NCBI GenBank assembly: GCA_031835245.2
Contig: JAVKOQ020000082.1
Location: 1-64,000 of the forward strand
Source of the DNA: Balamuthia mandrillaris
Taxonomy: Eukaryota
Direction of reading: 5' to 3'
DNA: 64,000 nt
The notes under the pieces are model-generated. The model was given only the letters and a program-made list of their open reading frames with translations, was not told where the DNA came from and ran no database searches. The position numbers and the translations under genes were made by a program. How positions within the stretch are numbered: the stretch's first letter is position 1; the number at the start of each line of letters is the position of its first letter. Below are positions 33,233 through 44,999 of the stretch, piece by piece.

Positions 33233-35947
33233 ATGGAAGCAACAACGGAAGGGAGCAAACGACGGAGGAGGAGGAGAAGAAGACCACGATGGGAGAAGGT
33301 GGAGAAGGAGGAGGAAGAGGAGGAGGAAGCCCTTCCCTACCTTCCCGCCATGTTCCACCGCTTCGCACACTCGACCACCTGCGACCTCTCCAAGAGCTAC
33401 CTGACCGCCTTGCCGAGAGAGGTTGGCTGGCTGACCGCCCTCACTGTATTTAACCTCATGGGCAACCAGCTGAGCTCCTTGCCGAGCGAGTTTGGCAAGC
33501 TCACCGCTCTCACTGCCTGCGACCTCTCCAACAACCAGCTGGCCTCCTTGCCGAGAGAGTTTGGCCAGCTCACCGCTCTCACTTGCTGCAACCTCTCCTA
33601 CAACCAGCTGACCTCCTTGCCAAGAACGTTTGGCCAACTCCGTGCCCTTACCGACTGCAACCTCGCCAACAACAGGCTGACCTCCTTGCCGAGAGAGTTT
33701 GGCCAGCTCACCGCTCTCACTTGCTGCAACCTCTCCTACAACCAGCTGAGCTCCTTGCCGAGAGAGTTTGGCCAGCTCACCGCTCTCACCCGCTGCGACC
33801 TCCACCGCAACCAACTTACCTCCTTGCCAAGGGAGTTGGACCAGCTCACCGCTCTCACCTTCTGCGACCTCCGCCACAACAGGCTGAGCTCCTTGTCGGC
33901 AGAGTTTGTCCAGCTCACCGCTCTCATCCTCTCCGACCTCGGCCACAACGCTCTCACCCTCTGCGACCTCAGCCAGAACTCTGTCACCCGCTGCGACCTC
34001 TCCAGAAACCAGCTGTTATCCTTGCCGAGAGAGTTTGGCCAGCTGAGCGCTCTCACTGCCTGCGACCTCGCCAACAACAGGCTGAGCTCCTTGCCGAGAG
34101 AATTTGGCCAGCTGAGCGCTCTCACTGCCTGCGACCTCTCCAACAACAGGCTGAGCTCCTTGCCGAGAGAATTTGGCCAGCTGAGCGCTCTCACTGCCTG
34201 CGACCTCTCCAGAAACCAGCTGAGCTCCTTGCCGAGAGAGTTTGGCCAGCTCACCGCTCTCACTGACTGCGACCTCTCCAACGACAGGCTGACCTCCTTG
34301 CCGAGAGAGTTTGGCCAGCTCACCGCTCTCACTTGCTGCAACCTCTCCAACAACCAGCTGACCTCCTTGCCAAGAACGTTTGGCCAACTCCGTGCTCTTA
34401 CCGACTGCAACCTCTCCAACAACCAGCTGAGCTCCTTGCCGACAGAGTTTGGCCAGCTCACCGCTCTCACCCACTGCTCGCTCTTCTGCAACCAGCTGAG
34501 CTCCTTGCCGAGAGAGTTTGGCCAGCTCCGTGCTCTCACCCACTGCAGGCTCTTCTGCAACCAGCTGAGCTCCTTGCCGAGGGAGTTTTGCCAGCTCACC
34601 GCTCTCACCGATTGCGAACTTCCCAACAACAGGCTGAGCTCCTTGCCAAGAGAGTTTGGCCAGCTCACCGCTCTCACTTGCTGCTGTCTCTCAAATAACA
34701 TGCTAACCTCCTTGCCGAGAGAGTTTGGCCAGCTCACCGCTCTCACTGACTGCAACCTCTCCAACAACCAGCTGAGCTCCTTGCCGGGAGAGTTTGGCCA
34801 GCTCTCCGCTCTCACCCGCTGCTACCTCTCCAACAACAGGCTGACCTCCTTGCCGAGAGAGTTTGGCCGGCTCACCGCTCTCACTGCCTGCTGTCTCTCA
34901 AACAACATGCTAACCTCCTTGCCGAGAGAGTTTGGTCAGCTCACTGCTCTCACGGAGTGCTGGCTGTGCAGCACCCAGCTGAGCTCCTTGCCGAGAGAGT
35001 TTGGCCAGCTCACCGCTCTCACCCGCTGCGACCTCTCCAACAACCAGCTGACCTCCTTGCCAAGAGAGTTTGGCCAGCTCACCGCTCTCACCCACTGCGA
35101 CCTCTCCAACAACCAGCTGACCTCCTTGCCAAGAGAGTTTGGCCAGCTCTGCGCTCTCACCCGCCGCCTTCGCTCCAACAACCAGCTGACCTCCTTATCG
35201 AGAGGGTTTGGCCAGCTTCCCGCTCGCAAATACTGCAACCTGGAGGAAAACCCATTGGCAGCACTGCCCTCCTCTGTGATTCGTCTTCTTCCATGCATGC
35301 GAACACAGTCCTCTCAACTCCTTCACCTACAAGAAGCACAGCTTAAACAAGCGGAGGAGAATGATGAAGAGCAAGAGGAGGATAACAGAGCGAAGCCCAA
35401 GGAATCACCGCTCAGGAACAACCACACCACAGTGAAAAGTTTGTGGCATTCGAGTGGAGAGGCGGTGCTGAGGAACAAGCTTTTGCCCACTGACCTGTTG
35501 ACCCTTGTTCCAGACCTTCCCTTTGCTTGGTTTGGTTCTTCTTCTTCTTCTTCTTCTTCTTCTTCTTCTTCTTCTTCTTCTTCTTTGCTTGCACAACGCC
35601 TCAAAGAAAATGTGGAGGGTGCGGCGGTGGTGCTGCCAGAAGAAGTGAAGGACCGGCTGGAAAGGTTGCAAAGGAGATGTGATGTTTGTGCGCAGCTGTT
35701 TTTGGAAGCAGACGAAGATGAAGCTGAAGACGAGGCGGAGGAAGAAGCGGAAGAGAAAGGGCAAGCAAGGCAAGTGGTGAGAAGGTTTTGGGACGAGGAA
35801 AGGGAATTGTGGTGGGAGTTGTTGTGTTGCAGCCAGCGCTGCTTCCACCGCCCCTTGCTGGATGTTTCCTTGCAGTGCTTGCCTCTCGCAGAGGAGTCCA
35901 AAGTCCGTGTCGTCACGGTTAATATCCGTGACGACACGAAAATGTGA
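33233..35947 (+). CDS. Intronless LRR protein (~26 x 23-aa repeats) with C-terminal BC-box-like helix and Cys4 Zn motif
   Basis: Repeat consensus LxSLPREFGQLTALTxCxLxxNx; C-terminal VKSLWHSSGEAVL...LPEEVKDRL...CDVC...CCSQRC. Confidence 0.9.
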   Translation: MEATTEGSKRRRRRRRRPRWEKVEKEEEEEEEALPYLPAMFHRFAHSTTCDLSKSYLTALPREVGWLTALTVFNLMGNQLSSLPSEFGKLTALTACDLSNNQLASLPREFGQLTALTCCNLSYNQLTSLPRTFGQLRALTDCNLANNRLTSLPREFGQLTALTCCNLSYNQLSSLPREFGQLTALTRCDLHRNQLTSLPRELDQLTALTFCDLRHNRLSSLSAEFVQLTALILSDLGHNALTLCDLSQNSVTRCDLSRNQLLSLPREFGQLSALTACDLANNRLSSLPREFGQLSALTACDLSNNRLSSLPREFGQLSALTACDLSRNQLSSLPREFGQLTALTDCDLSNDRLTSLPREFGQLTALTCCNLSNNQLTSLPRTFGQLRALTDCNLSNNQLSSLPTEFGQLTALTHCSLFCNQLSSLPREFGQLRALTHCRLFCNQLSSLPREFCQLTALTDCELPNNRLSSLPREFGQLTALTCCCLSNNMLTSLPREFGQLTALTDCNLSNNQLSSLPGEFGQLSALTRCYLSNNRLTSLPREFGRLTALTACCLSNNMLTSLPREFGQLTALTECWLCSTQLSSLPREFGQLTALTRCDLSNNQLTSLPREFGQLTALTHCDLSNNQLTSLPREFGQLCALTRRLRSNNQLTSLSRGFGQLPARKYCNLEENPLAALPSSVIRLLPCMRTQSSQLLHLQEAQLKQAEENDEEQEEDNRAKPKESPLRNNHTTVKSLWHSSGEAVLRNKLLPTDLLTLVPDLPFAWFGSSSSSSSSSSSSSSSSLLAQRLKENVEGAAVVLPEEVKDRLERLQRRCDVCAQLFLEADEDEAEDEAEEEAEEKGQARQVVRRFWDEERELWWELLCCSQRCFHRPLLDVSLQCLPLAEESKVRVVTVNIRDDTKM
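33401..35254 (+). repeat. Tandem array of near-identical 69-bp coding repeats
   Basis: The unit core CTCCTTGCCGAGAGAGTTTGGCCAGCTCACCGCTCTCAC recurs at 69-bp period; one 60-bp irregularity near 33950-34009. Confidence 0.95.
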
Positions 35948-36015
35948 CGGAAACTTCGAAAAATTGTTTAACCAAAAAATAATAAAATTTTAACAGGAAA
36001 AAGTAGCGGAGGGAG

Positions 36016-36654
36016 ATGATGTTAACGAGGCGGACGGTAGGGAGTGCTTCGACCGCGTGCGGAGGAGGAGGAGGAGGAGGAGGTCTTCTCCGTGCTCATC
36101 CCCCTCTTGGATGTTCTTCGCTTGACCCCTTGTTGTTCGCCCGACATGTCGAAAGAAGAAGGAATGGCGTGCGGCTGACCCCTGTCTGGTCCTCTTCTCC
36201 TTCTTCTTGTGGGTACGGCAGCCACACCCACAGGAGCCACTCCGAAGCGCCCGGAGTGTCCGAAGAACAAGAGGCGGAAGTCATCCCCCACTCTTTCATA
36301 GCAGAAACCACCACCACCTCCACTTCCTCCACGATCAAGATTGCGGCATTGGAGGGAGAGCTAAAAAGCGAGGACAAAGCTTCTTCATCATCTGCTTCTT
36401 CTTGGTGGCCACGTTGGAAAGAAGAAGCAGAAGGAGAGGTTGGGGGAAGGAGGCCAGGCTCCGCCGCTCCGCAGAAGGGCATGGTGGTGGCGGCCATGGA
36501 GAAGCTCGGCAGGGCGGTGAGGTGGATGGGGCCTGGCGGCATGTTCAATTACTTGAGGGACATTTCCTCCTTCCCCGAGGACCAAAGGCCTATCGCTCGA
36601 CGCGTGTACCTAAAGTATGCTCCCTAGTTTTCTTTCTCCTCTCTGCTCTCTCTG

Positions 36655-36708
<54 letters not shown>

Positions 36709-37658
36709 CTTTCTCTCTCTCGTCCTTTTCCTCTCTGTCTCGCCTCTCTCACCGCATCTCTCTCCGCTCTCTCCTCTCTCTCCTCTCTCTCTCTCCTCTC
36801 TCTCTCCTCTCTCTCCTCTCTCTCCTCTCTCATTATTCTCTACTTACAATGCTGTTAAACAGACGAGAGGACTATATGGTGCCTCCTAAAACGCCACTAA
36901 CACAAAGAGAAGACCACCGATGGAAGCGAAGAGCTCAAAAGGTTTTCTTTGTTTCTCCTTTCTCTCTTTCTACTTTTTGTCTTATTCATCCGCTTTTAAA
37001 ATTATAATACAGGCGAAAGAAGATGCGAACAACTATGCAAAGTCAGTGGACGCCAAGATAGAGGACTTCAAACGACCAACAAGCTTAGAGGAATGGGGAA
37101 TGGTGGTGGAGGCACGTATACGTCAATCCATGATCGATCCTGTCAATGGCATTACCTCTTTACCAAAGGAAGAAGAAACGGAACAAGATAAGAAGGACCC
37201 TTCTGGTTCATTGCTGAGGAAGCAGCAAGACGAGGAGGAAAACCCTTTTGTGGATAGAACGACCAGCATCATGCATCGTCTAATGAAGAAGAACGGGTGT
37301 CTTCCTCCTTGGATTGAACTCGACAAAGTGCGTCTGCCTCTTCCTCTTGTTCTAATTCCTCGTTTGTTTCTCTTATTTCAAAACATCCAAATAGGAGATA
37401 AGGGAAGGAGTGGAAGAGCTGGACCGACTTATCCAAATTGAACACCAAAAATGGAGAGAGGAGAACGAACGCACCAAACGAAGCGTGCTCAAGTTCCGCG
37501 ATAGCGTCGAATGGAGCAAGTTCCGTCGGGTAACCGAAGATAGGGTGAAAACGCTCAACAGCAAAATACTCCACTACAACCTCATCGTGCCGGCCATCAC
37601 CCTTCAAAAGTTCTCGTTGAACTTGGAGTGGGAACTGGACAAGCTCGAAATCCATTGA
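36016..37658 (+). CDS. DUF1992 / DNAJC28 C-terminal-like protein, probably mitochondrial
   Basis: Arg/Ser-rich presequence; VEARIRQSM; NPFVDRTTSIMHRLMKKNGCLPPWIELDK; LNSKILHYNLIVP. Confidence 0.8.
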
Positions 37659-37760
37659 CGTTTTCATTCGTTTCTCCTCTTCTTGTGTGTATAGCTTTTC
37701 TTCTTTTGCTTAAATGTTTATTTATTTCTCTCTTTTGTGTAAATGTTTGTTTTGCTTCTT

Positions 37761-40587
37761 TCATTCCCATTCGGTGGTGCCAGGAGGTTTGCTGGTCATG
37801 TCATAACAAACACGAGAGATGCCCTCCACCTCATTCAGGATCCTCTCCACCATCCTCAGCAGCACGCTCTCTTCCAACAAACAATCCTCTCCTCGTATCA
37901 CTTCCACTTCTTTCTTTACTTCTTCTTCTGTCTCTTCCAAAACTTTTTCCACTGCATCACCTTCTTTCGTGCTCTTCATCGGCACAGCTGCAACTCCCGT
38001 CATAAAGTCATTCGTGACCATCGTTCGAATCACTATCGAACGTTTGGAAGATGCTGCGCTTTCTCCTTCTCCTTCTCCTTCTTCGTCGAAAGATAACGGA
38101 ATGGAAATGACAGGCACTTGACTCAACTTTCGCATGAGTCCATTCAAGAGCAGCTCTTCGTTGACGATGGCATCAGCGGCGCGGAGTTGATCCAAAACGT
38201 CGCGAGTGAGATGAGTGGGAGTGATGCGGCGGATCACACGACGAATGGGAGGGTGGCCAAAGATGAAGCACACCCGGTTTACTGCATGCATTAGCTTTGG
38301 AATGAGACGGGCTAGCACGAAGAGATGGTCCCATCGCAGAGGAGCTCCTTCTTCCAGAGAGAGACCAGCTACTAAGCTGTACGTTCTTGCATCGCCTGTT
38401 CTCAGCAAAACAAAAACGTGGTGAGGACCAGAAGAAGAAGAGAACAAGAAGAACAAGCAGGGACAAGACAAGAAGGAACAAGAAGAAAGAGGTCTTAACC
38501 TTGAACACCAACAGACTGAATGGGAAGAATAGTGGCGTGCACTCCCTCCAGCTGCATCAAAACTTGTTCATCTTTCTCTGGATCCACAAAACAGTGACGA
38601 ATGCGTTGCTTCAAAGTCTTGTCCTCTTCTTGCTCGTCGCTCAAATCTTTGAACCGGATGATGCGTTGCAGCAGCTGATATAGTTCCTCAAAGCCGCTTG
38701 GTAGGTATGGTTGCTCTGCGCAAATCACGCGAATGGCCAAACCTGGTCCTGTGTTTTTGGCAGTGTGTTAGAAGCAAGAAGCAAGAAGAAACTATGAAGA
38801 AAGAAGAGACTATGAAGAAAGAAGAGAGCAGAACGTATAACGAGAAAGAAAAGATGGGATGGAAGAAAACCTGGAAAAGGTTGTCTCCAAACGAGCTCTT
38901 CAGGAAGACCAAGCGACTTGCCCAACATGCGCACCTCGTCCTTGTGATAGTCCTTCAACGGCTCCACCACTTTTCCCTCCGACCTCAACTTTCGCACCAG
39001 AAAAGTGTCGTTGTGGTGTGTCTTAATGACATCGGCAGTGCCGCCTTTGTTCGCCAGCGTGGAGGCACTCTCTATCAGGTCAGGACGTAACGTTCCTTTT
39101 GTTTAAACAAAGAATAAGTTTTTAAAGAGAGAGCAACAAAGAAGAGAGAGAAGAGAAAGTACCTTGAGCAAGAATGACATTATCGGGATTCAAGCCAAGA
39201 GATCGGATTTCAGACTCAGCCACTCTCATAAACATGTCTCCAATAATGTGTCTCTTCTCTTCGGGAGCCACCACCTCACTCAGCTTCTTTCCTGATCCCT
39301 CTTGGGAGTTATGATGAATGCCATTGGCGAAGAGAGCTTCGGCCTCCACCACTTTGAGAGGGATGCCAATAGCGTGCAAGGCCTCGGAGACCTTCTTGCT
39401 CTCCTCCTGTCTCATGAAGCCATGATCCACGTGCAAAGCAAACATGCGAGTGGCGGCCTCCTCTCCCAAAGCTTTGTGCAAGAGCGCAGCGCAGACTGCA
39501 GAGTCCACTCCTCCGCTCACCAGCACAAGAGCCTGTTTGTCTTTGCCCAATACTTGTTGGATCTCGCGAATAGCGATTTGTTCGCGGTCTTCCATCGTGT
39601 AGTCTGCCTTGCATCCGGCTATCTTGAAAAGGAAGTTGGAGAGAATGTGTTTGCCATTGACTGTTAGGTCCACCTATTGCCAAAAGTTTAAAAAAAAAAA
39701 AGAGTCAACAAGAGAGATCAGCTTATTAGCAGCCCTTCCTGCGAAGCAAGGCTTTGAGGAGTTTAGAGGGGCTGCTAATAATAGGGGAGGGAGGGGGAGA
39801 ATAAACCTCTGGATGGAACTGCACTCCATATAAGCCTCTTTCTTCGGATTGCAGAGCAGTAACAATTCCACCAGCACGAGCGATGACCTTGAAGCCTTCT
39901 GCAAGTCCTTCCTCATCCAAAGCATCTCCATGCGTCAGCAACACCTATTCCAAATACCGTCTTTAGCGAGAGAGAGAGAGAAGAGAAGTGAAGGAAATGA
40001 GAGTGAAGAGTGAAGAGTGAAGAATGAAGGAGTGAGAAGGACAAAGAAGAAGCTAGGAAAACACCTTCTCACTGGAACTCAAGCCCTCGAACAAAGGAGA
40101 GGCGTTGTCCAATCGAATGAGCGTCTGTCCATCCTGCCTCAAGCCTTCCTTCTTGCCAACTTTGCCGCCGTAGACATAGTTCAGCAGCTGAAAGCCGTAG
40201 CAGATGCCGAGCACGGGCGGCAGTCCCGTTCGATCCGAGGGAAAGAGGGAGCGATCAAACTTGGGTGCCTTCTCCGCATACACGCTCGCTGGACCCCCTT
40301 TTTGTTTGTTTGGTGGGTGAGAAGAAGAACAAGAACAAGAACAAGAACAAGAAGAAGAAGAAGGAGAGAGAGGGAGTGAGAGAGAGAGAGAGAGAGAGAG
40401 AAGAACCAGAAATGATGATTGCTTTGTAAGATTGGAGTTGCTCCAAGGGAGTGTTGAAAGGAAGGAGCTCCGATTCGACCTGTAGCTCTCTCACCCGACG
40501 GTCGATGACCTTGCCGTACTGCGAGCCGGCATCCAGAATGGCTACTCGCTGCGCCGTCTCCGTCGCGGTGCTGCTGCTTTGTTCCAT
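37761..40587 (-). CDS. GMPS: GMP synthase (glutamine-hydrolysing), multi-exon
   Basis: [77 protein letters not shown]. Confidence 0.96.
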
Positions 40588-40858
40588 CTTTCTCTCTTTT
40601 TTTTTACTTTGCCTAAACAAAAAAAAACAGAAAATGAAAAGAAAAAAAATCACACGGACACGAGAGAGGCGATGAGCCAGGACAGGAGATAGATCACAAG
40701 TTATGCGGGATATTTCCTTAAATGACAATTACCCGATCGAAGTTTAATTAATTTGATCTATTAATATTTTCCTATTGTGTATTAATTGACGTCATCAACA
40801 TTTCCGTTTTGCGATTGGCGGGTTTTATTGTAATTTTGTTTTTGGCGTTTGGCTTTTG

Positions 40859-43800
40859 TTAGAACTCCTGGGAGTCAGGCGCACCAACCAGCATGGGCTG
40901 CAAGAACTCGAAGAAGCTCAGCTCGCTCGTCTTCAGGCCATGGTGGTAGACGTAGTGGCTGGCCAGGAAGGCGGCAAACATGGAGCGCAGGTAGGTCTCC
41001 GGCACTCGCTCCTCCAACTTCTTCAGCCCCACCAGCTTGAGCAGGGAGGGAGGGCAGGCCTTGCGCAGCACCAAGGAGCGCAGCCTCTCGTTGGCGTAGA
41101 GGTGGTAGCTGTTGGGGCCGTTGATCTGATCCTTGATGGCGTTTATCTTGTCGCTGAGCATGTCTCCAAGGACAGCCAGAGCGCTTGTTTGCTTGTTCTT
41201 TTTGGAGGAAGAGGCAGAGGAGGCAGAGGAGATGCCATTGGAAGAAGCAGAAGAAGAACCAAACTTCTCTCGCCAGAGACATTCAAACTCCATAGCGGCG
41301 TTCTTTTCGATGGTGGCCAGCACCTCTTTGACGTATTGCTCGTAGAACTCGGGCGCTTTGCCGTCCTTGACGCACATGTGTTGCTCAAACTCTTCGTCGC
41401 TGAGAGCCAGAGCCGCAAGTACTTCAAGAGAAGAGGAGGTCACTCCTCCTTTGTTGGCACTTGAGTCCTGTTGTCATGAAGAAGGTAAAAGGAAGACAAT
41501 AAGCGGAAGAAGGAGAAAGAAGAAAGAAGATGGAAGGAGAAGAAATCGCAAACGAACTTTGAAAATGATGACACCATCTTTTTCCAATTCCATACGAGCA
41601 TCATGTGTGAAGAACAAGTTGGCGCCCTCCACGATGTACTTGTAGTAAGGCGCTTTGCCATCCTTGTTCGAAAGATAGAGAGAGGAAACGTTATTGATGT
41701 TGACAGAGTTGGGACGACCTCCACAGGGCACGAAGAGCTGAGCCTTGGCACAGAGAGGGTTCAAGTGGAACTCGTTCCTAAAGTTGAGGCCGCTCTCTAC
41801 CATGGTGCCGTTGGGCAGGGTAATGTCTCGGTCATTGATGTTCACGAGGAAGCCTTCTTTTGTTAACCTTTTTGTGGTTTGAAAGGGTCATTAAAAAACA
41901 AAGCAAGAACTGCAAAATAGGAGAAAGAGAGATGGCTTACTTGGAAGTATCAAACTCAGAGACCATCTGACGAGCATTGGCCAGCCTCAACAGCTCCTCT
42001 CTATCAATCCCCTCCGGGTCATACAGCACTCCACTGCCGTCAATCACTGCAATGGTCTTGTCCTTGGATATCTTGATCTCGTTGGAGCCCAAGTCTCCAT
42101 CGGGACCACCCGTTTGAACCTTCTTCACCTCCTCTTCCTTGAGACCAGCCTTCTTCAAGATGCCCAGCACGTACTGATGGATGCTGTGCGTGGTCATGCC
42201 GTAGAGATCGTGAGGAATGCCGCCCCTCTCTCGCGGCTTGCCGGTGGTCAACGCCTTCCAGAAGGGAACCTGTCTTTGCTTGGCATATTGCGAGGCCCAG
42301 CCCATCATGTCGGCCGTGCCCTCGTCGGGACCCAAGAAGATGATCTCGGGCTGGCCGTAGTGGTCCACTATCTTGGGGTCGTGCTCGCAGAGGAGGAGGT
42401 CCAGCAGGGCGTCGATGTACTTTTGGAAGGCCTTTTGGGCTTGCTCTGGCGATTGGGCGTCTAAGTTCAGAAGAATGGTTCCTTTGCTTCCACCTTTGTT
42501 GCGTATTTTGGTTTAGATACAAACGAAAACATAAGAATGAATGAATGAAGCAAACCTTCAGCAATGTCCTTGTTCTTCTTCTGCTGGGTGAGGGCGAGGT
42601 TGTAGTTCTCATCGAACAACAGCTTCACGTTCTGAGCATAGTTTTGGACGCCCCTGGAGCGAATGATACGCACGCCTCCTCTGGCGATATCCCTGAAGCG
42701 AACGTGAAAGCCTCTGAAGGTGCTTCCGATGATGAAGAAGATGCCGAATGGAAGGATCTTGTACTCCTGCTTCAACAGGAAGGATGGATCCAGCCGGAAG
42801 CTCAACGCCGTCGTGCCGACTTTGTAAAAGTTGGTCTTGAGGACGTGACGATTGAAGGCGAGGAACATCTCGAACACTCTCTGTTGGTTTTCCGTTGGGA
42901 GTCTCTTGATCTCGCTGGCCAGTTTCTTGCGAAAAGCGGTCTCCTGTTTGGGTTGCTTCTCTTTGGAAGTTCGAGGGGAGGGAGGCACCAGTTCAGTGGT
43001 TGCCTCGTCGATAGGGAGGTGATAGTTGGAAAAGTCTTGGTAGAGCAGCTTGACTATTTCGGGAGACTCCATGATGATGTCCAGCACCGTTTCTTCGGTG
43101 AAGGTGTCGTTGATGAGGCGAGACTTGAGAGCGGCCAACAAACCAGCATACCTCGACACTGCAAAAGGAAGCAAACGATGGGCAATGAGCAAACAAAGAA
43201 GGAATGATGAAGGAGAGATTATAGAGAATGAAGCAACAGATGAAAGAGAATAAAGCACAGTAAAGCAGAAGAAGAAGAAGAAAACATACTGTTTTCCTGG
43301 TCTGCAGGTCTGCGAAGAAGAGTTTGAAGGGTATACCACTCGGTACCACAGCGATTCAGGAACTGAACGGCAAACTTCCAGGCCACGTAGGCATAGACGC
43401 AGGCTTTGACGCTGAGCTTCTTCTCGCGAATGAGGCATTGCAGCTGGGTGGAGGGAAGGATGTAGAGCAGGTTGATCTCTTCCTTCAGACGAGCAATCCT
43501 GCTATCGATCCTCGAAAAGTCTCCGTTCATCGGCAACAGATAGATACTGTATATACGTTTCGTGTGAGTAATATAGAAACCAAAGAGAGAAACCAAGCAG
43601 GTGGAAAGAATATAGAGAAGCAGAAGAGATAGAAGAGAAAGCGAAAGAGAGGAGTAAGATACCTGACGATAACGTAGCCATTGGCCAAGTGTTCAATGTA
43701 TTTGCGTCGAGCGGAGAAGCGGTGGTAGTGGTAAAGATCGCTGAGACTGGCAAAGAAACGACCGGTCGTGCCTCTTTTGTAACAAATGATCAAACGCCTT

Positions 43801-44999
43801 TCCTTCACTTCCACGGGCTCCAAGAACTCGATCACGGGTCCTTTAGTAATAAGGGAGGTGAGAAGAAGAAGAAGAACGAAGAAGAAGAACGAAGAAGAAG
43901 AACGAAGAAGAAGAACAAGAAGAAGAACAAGAAGAACAAGAACAAGAAGAAGAACAAGAACAAGAAGAAGAACAAGAACAAGAACAAGAACAAGAACAAG
44001 AACAAGAACAAGAAGAGAGAAAGGAGCAAACCAGAACACTGGACAGCCTTATCGAGAATGCTTTGGTAGGCGTCATGAGTCCACTGGCTGGCCAGCTTGA
44101 GGAAGGACAGGTCTCCCACTTTATTGAGGTCGGTCTCGATGCTGGCCTCCATTTCCTCTCTTGGCAAGGCGTATTTGGCTCGAGAGACGACATAGATACG
44201 AAGCTGCGAGGTTGAGTCCGGAGAGATGGTTCCTTTAGAGCGATACACTAAATAAACAGAAAGAGACAGGTCAGTAAAAAGGAAGTAAGAGAGGAAAAAA
44301 GAAAAAAGAAACCTTGCACGCGATAGTTGTTGTATGTGCCCTCAGTGGCGAGGTAATGCCGTCCGATCCTATAGTGCCACAGATCAACAACAGAACAAAA
44401 AAGCATAGAAGGAGAAGAGAGAAGCAGACAAGTAGAAGAGAAGCAGAGAAGGAGAGGACGAAGAGACAAGCAAAGAAGCAGAGAGAACGAGAGAAGCGGA
44501 GCAGCGAGGAGAGAAGAGCAGCAAAGCAGCAGAGAGCGTTACTCACTTCTCTTCAATGGACATGGCGGGAGATTGAGCAGAGCCAGGAACGCTGTTGCAC
44601 ATGAAGATGGCCTCGTCCTCCGTTTCGTGCTTGATGTCGATCTTGATCTCGCCGCCGGTGACCATGGACAACATCTTGGAGGCAAAGATGGACTGAATGT
44701 GCTGCGCTATGAACGAAGCGGTGTACTGGTAGAAGTAACTCACGTCGAGTCCCAACTTCCTGCAAACGAAGAAAGAAGAAAGAAAAGGAAGAACGTTTCA
44801 TCAAAAAAAAATGATCAAAACAAAAAAAACGTTACAGCAGCCAAAAAAAAAAAAGAGGGAGAAAAAAAAAGTACTGAAAGAACCAATCGACTTCGGAGTC
44901 GACCACGGCAGCGTTGATGTAACCATCCTTGCAGATCAACCGCTTGACTTCCTCCGCGAGAGCGACAAGGTCTTTCTGCGTCGTTATAATCTGCGACAT
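40859..44999 (-). CDS. GDH2: NAD-specific glutamate dehydrogenase (large GDH2 type), multi-exon
   Basis: FRGFHVRFRDIARGGVRIIRS, ENYNLALTQQKKNKDI, FLGPDEGTA, GGIPHD.YGMT, QTGGPDGDLGSNEI, FVPCGGRP, IVEGANLF, NKGGVTSSSLEVLAAL. Confidence 0.95.
43860..44015. repeat. Intronic (AAG/AAGAAC)n compound microsatellite
   Basis: Purine-rich repeat on + (pyrimidine-rich on the sense strand) inside a GDH intron. Confidence 0.9.

Noticed and set aside
33221..34815. Long antisense and alternate-frame ORFs over the LRR array (e.g. 33736..34815 -, 33221..33946 -)
   Set aside because: By-product of a 69-bp repeat with few stops in other frames; no independent coding signal.
33401..35254. CRISPR-like look of constant repeats with variable spacers
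   Set aside because: Period is a multiple of 3, the variable parts are homologous and in frame within an LRR ORF, and there are no cas genes in this eukaryotic context.
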